The position numbers were made by a program, and so were the translations under genes. 64,000 nt of DNA from Balanoglossus misakiensis (lineage: Eukaryota; Animalia; Hemichordata): NCBI GenBank assembly GCA_040954595.2, contig CM082595.2, positions 6,164,137-6,228,136 on the forward strand, written 5' to 3'. This document shows, piece after piece, positions 60,607 to 64,000 of the stretch. The notes under the pieces are model-generated. The model saw only the letters and a list, made by a program, of their open reading frames with translations, was not told where the DNA came from and did not search any database. Within the stretch, counting starts at the first letter, position 1. Each line of letters begins with the position of its first letter.

Positions 60607-63259
60607 TCACCACTCAAAGTCTAATCCACTGTTCTGTAGATGTTCCCGGTAGTAATTCTCGATCTGTTCATTCTGAGCCGCTGTGAAATAATTTTTCCAG
60701 TCCCCAACAGCACCTGTTCAAATAAAAAAGGAGAAAAAACATTCATATCATATCGGCCATGTGTGAATATTCGTATTTAAGAACCTTGGTGATTTAGGAG
60801 AGATAAATTACGATAATTGTTAATTTTTAATAAGAAATTGTCATCGCATCGATTAAAAATATGACTTTGTCAGCTAGAACACTGGCTTATTTTGACTTTT
60901 TAGGCTGTAAAACCTAAGAGCCTCGATTTTTCGGTAAGAGCCTCGGCTATGCATGAAAATTGTTCATTTAAATGAGAAATTATCATCACATTGACTATAT
61001 AATAGCAACTTCCGATTGTTCTTATGTAACTTCTAATTAATATCACAAGCGCACCTTTTCTCATGAATGGGCTTACAGTTGAATCCACATCACTCGTGTT
61101 TTCACGGTTCACCGCTGGGTTCTTCTTCATGTTATCAAAGGAGCAGTGATTCACAATTTTATCCACGGTCTCGGTGTCCAACTCTCTGCCGAGAAAGGAC
61201 GCTATCTTCAGCACTGTCTCTCGTTCGCCCTGCAAATGTTTAGAAGACCGCGTTAGGATTCAGTGCAAATGACGTATTGGTGTAGACTCTCTCACAGCCC
61301 ACGGTTCGCTACGCGCCCTCAACCGTTTGGCAAGGGAGAAGCACTGTTTGGTGTTGTGTCAGACTATAAGCCTGCATGGACGACGAGAGGGGCTGTGAGA
61401 GAGTCTAGTATTGGTGATGAAATCAGTAATCGGGGGAAAGATCGAAAAATAGAAATTAATCACAAACATTTCACATTTTAAAGTATTTCTTAACCAGACA
61501 CTTTACCTTCTTAATATCTTCATACTTGAGAAACAAAATATTGGACTCATTTCTATGTTTCCACCATCCGAGACAGTGACTAGCCCATCCACCCCACACA
61601 ACTGAAAAGAAGGTGTTTTATGCTGTTCAGAGTACAACGCATACACATTGTTTTCTACGAAAGCAACGTGCACGCGTGAGAATTCCATAGACTGAAATCA
61701 TGAAAATATGAAATATCTATGCAAAGACATCGCGTCTTTAAAAGTAGACTCTGACAGACAGGAGCACCCACTACAAACACAATACCCTTCATTTACATGA
61801 GCAGAAATTTGTATAGCCATAAGTTGTCATGTAGGACTCTCATGAAAACTTACGTTGATCTTTGAGATACATTTTGAGAAAATCCTCCCACGATCCTTTG
61901 TAATACCCAAAGCAATTGACACATTGATAAAAATGATAATACGATACAGCATTGTCCTTGGGATTTCGTCCAACATAGATAACCTGAAAATAAACAAACA
62001 TGTGATAATGGAAGACTTCGAAACAGAATATATTTTAATGATAAAATGAAATGGTGAATTGCTGTCAAAGTTAGGCTTGTTTTCAAATACTTTCCTGGTG
62101 CCCTGGTATTTGAATTTTATTTTTTCACGGGTGTTAGTAAGACTTGATATTTACTTGTGACGTCGCTGGTGCTGTGTTGCAATCACTAGATAATGTCATA
62201 GGTACATACCTTACTTTTCTTTTCAAATGCTTGACTCGGAAACAGATGAGTTTGGAGGTGTGATTTTATAAGTCTTGGAGATGCCATCCTTTCCATTGTC
62301 TCTATGTTGTCAAACCTAAATAGAAAAAACAAACAAACAAACAAAGAATTGGCTTAAATTATACTGATTTAATGCAGTCAATCTTGTGTGTGATTCCAAT
62401 AAGAATTCAAATTCTCTCAAAAAGGCGCTTGTGTGTGATTCCAATAAGAATTCAAATTCTCTCAAAAAGGCGCTTACTTCTGATGTTCGTCGTCATGGAA
62501 TTCAAGGAAGGGTATCCGTTCCTCTTGTTTCATAATCCCATCATCGCCAAGCTGCTCTGGGTGCAGCACCATGTCAGCCATTTCCATGACCCAAGTTGTA
62601 CCTGCAATGATGGTATAGTTGTTATTTAACAAGACATATGGCACAGCAAAAGGAAAGTATATGGTGTGTCCAGGAAGTTATTACATACCCGAGGCTTATG
62701 AGTCCTAGAGGACAATGTGTGGGGACCAATTAGTTTCCGTGTATCATTCCTTCATGGCTAATTTATTTTGTGATACGATCCAATGTGGCAGCTAAATATA
62801 AACATAAACAGTTACATATACATAACACCCCCCTTCCCTGCGTTTCGTTCAGCATGACTGATTTGGTCTGTTGGTGTGTTGGACTGAATGTACACTGTGG
62901 ATACATCACATGACACTCATGATAGCAGCGACCTTTTCATTAAAAGTCAATATACTCATGCCTCTGATCTGATAGCGAACAGGCTAGACGTCCCTGCCTA
63001 TGGTGCTCTGTCTATGTTGAATCAAACCTGGCTTTCCACCATATCTATATACACATGTACTATACTTACCTTACTTCAAGGAAAACTTACCTGACTTTGG
63101 ATACGTGACGACAAACACGTCATCCTCCCTGCATTCGATGGAATCTCGGTTTTCCAGGACGCTTCGTCTCACCTGCTTGCAGAACAGAACGCCTTCGTAG
63201 ATGTACTGTCCGGGAACTCTATGAGGTTGTTCGCTGCAGGACGCGTCAAGTTTCTCCAT
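60607..63259 (-). CDS. Cytosolic (SULT1-like) sulfotransferase, 301 aa, 7 exons
   Basis: Exons 63259-63091, 62601-62478, 62315-62210, 61983-61854, 61601-61507, 61229-61055 and 60713-60607 join in frame (906 nt). Motifs: TYPKSGTTW (5'-PSB), IKSHL (catalytic His), RNPKDNAVSYYHF (3'-PB), FMRKGAVGDWKNYFT. Confidence 0.95.
61283..61407 (-). mobile_element. Second copy of the TAGACTCTCTCACAGCCC MITE, opposite orientation, TSD GTATTGGTG
   Basis: Reverse-complement relative of 38393-38548. TSD at 61274-61282 and 61408-61416. Confidence 0.9.
62383..62475. repeat. 45-bp direct tandem duplication next to a SULT splice donor
   Basis: cttgtgtgtgattccaataagaattcaaattctctcaaaaaggcg occurs twice. Confidence 0.9.
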
Positions 63260-63530
63260 CGCACTTCGGTGGGGGTCAACGCCACAGCCAAAGTCACCCC
63301 TTGATAGTTAAATTCGACACAGACCCCGTAGATAAATATGAGCACGGGGGAAGACAATTTCATATGTCTGTGATTCACTCGAAAGAGGAGGCACGGATAT
63401 CGCTTCCTATACCACCAAGCTGGAGGTTTCAAATGACCTCCTGAGTGTCAGATACTTCTTGTGGCAAAGGGGAATTCGGGTCAGTGGGGAGCGTGGCGCG
63501 GCGTACAGAGCAAGCGGAAAGATGTGTTCT

Positions 63531-63853
63531 CAAGGTTCTTAGATAGGATTTTATACACGTGGCCGATCATCAAGGTTCTTAGATAGGATTTTATTCACGT
63601 GGCCGATCATCCAGGTTCTTAGATAGGATTTTGTACACGTGGCCGATCATCCAGGTTCTTAGATAGGATTTTATACACGTGGCCCATCATCAAGGTTCTT
63701 AGATAGGATTTTATACACGTGGCCGATCATCAAGGTTCTTAAATAGGATGTTATACATGGCCGATGTCATCAAGGTTCTTAAATAGGATTTTATACACTT
63801 GGCCGATCATCAAGGTTCTTAGATAGGATTTTATACACGTGGCCGATCATCAA
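63531..63853. repeat. 40-bp tandem minisatellite, 8 copies, upstream of the sulfotransferase
   Basis: The unit caaggttcttagataggattttatacacgtggccgatcat repeats head to tail with no spacers. Confidence 0.95.
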
Positions 63854-64000
63854 TTAAATTGTGACATATTATATAGACTTTGATTGTAGCATATTATTGT
63901 TTGATCCCACACGCGTGGTTATTTGCGAGTTATGATATCACGGTTTGACCCTTGACCCATCACTTTGACACCTTTTATTTGGTGCAAGAGTACCCTAGAC

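Noticed and set aside
63531-63853. 40-bp repeats as a CRISPR array
   Set aside because: The units are head to tail with no unique spacers, there are no cas genes, and the context is eukaryotic.

Overview
This is eukaryotic (metazoan, probably marine invertebrate) genomic DNA with GT-AG introns and one U12-type intron, so the single-ORF track splits or misses most genes. I rebuilt exon chains by hand from splice sites and reading-frame phase. Contents from left to right: (1) a NAT8/camello-type GNAT acetyltransferase (-); (2) SSR3/TRAP-gamma (+); (3) a 114-aa secreted prepropeptide absent from the ORF track, made of a signal peptide, a cationic 2-Cys peptide, KR and an acidic tail; (4) three intact 7-exon metacaspase/orthocaspase-like clan CD proteases (-), each with an MGxxxS N-terminus and two conserved DEVD motifs; (5) a PIDD-like LRR-ZU5-ZU5-UPA-death domain gene (+), head-to-head with the protease cluster, ending in a polybasic CaaX box and hosting four antisense NNMT/INMT/PNMT-family methyltransferases in one intron; (6) a second, much longer PIDD-like paralog; (7) an intronless class A GPCR; (8) a SULT1-type sulfotransferase. 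There are also several MITEs, including one family that sits in the same 9-bp target at both sites, and tandem repeats. The best candidate new system is the metacaspase-like protease cluster next to non-self-cleaving PIDD-like receptors. All family assignments come from motif recognition, not database searches.
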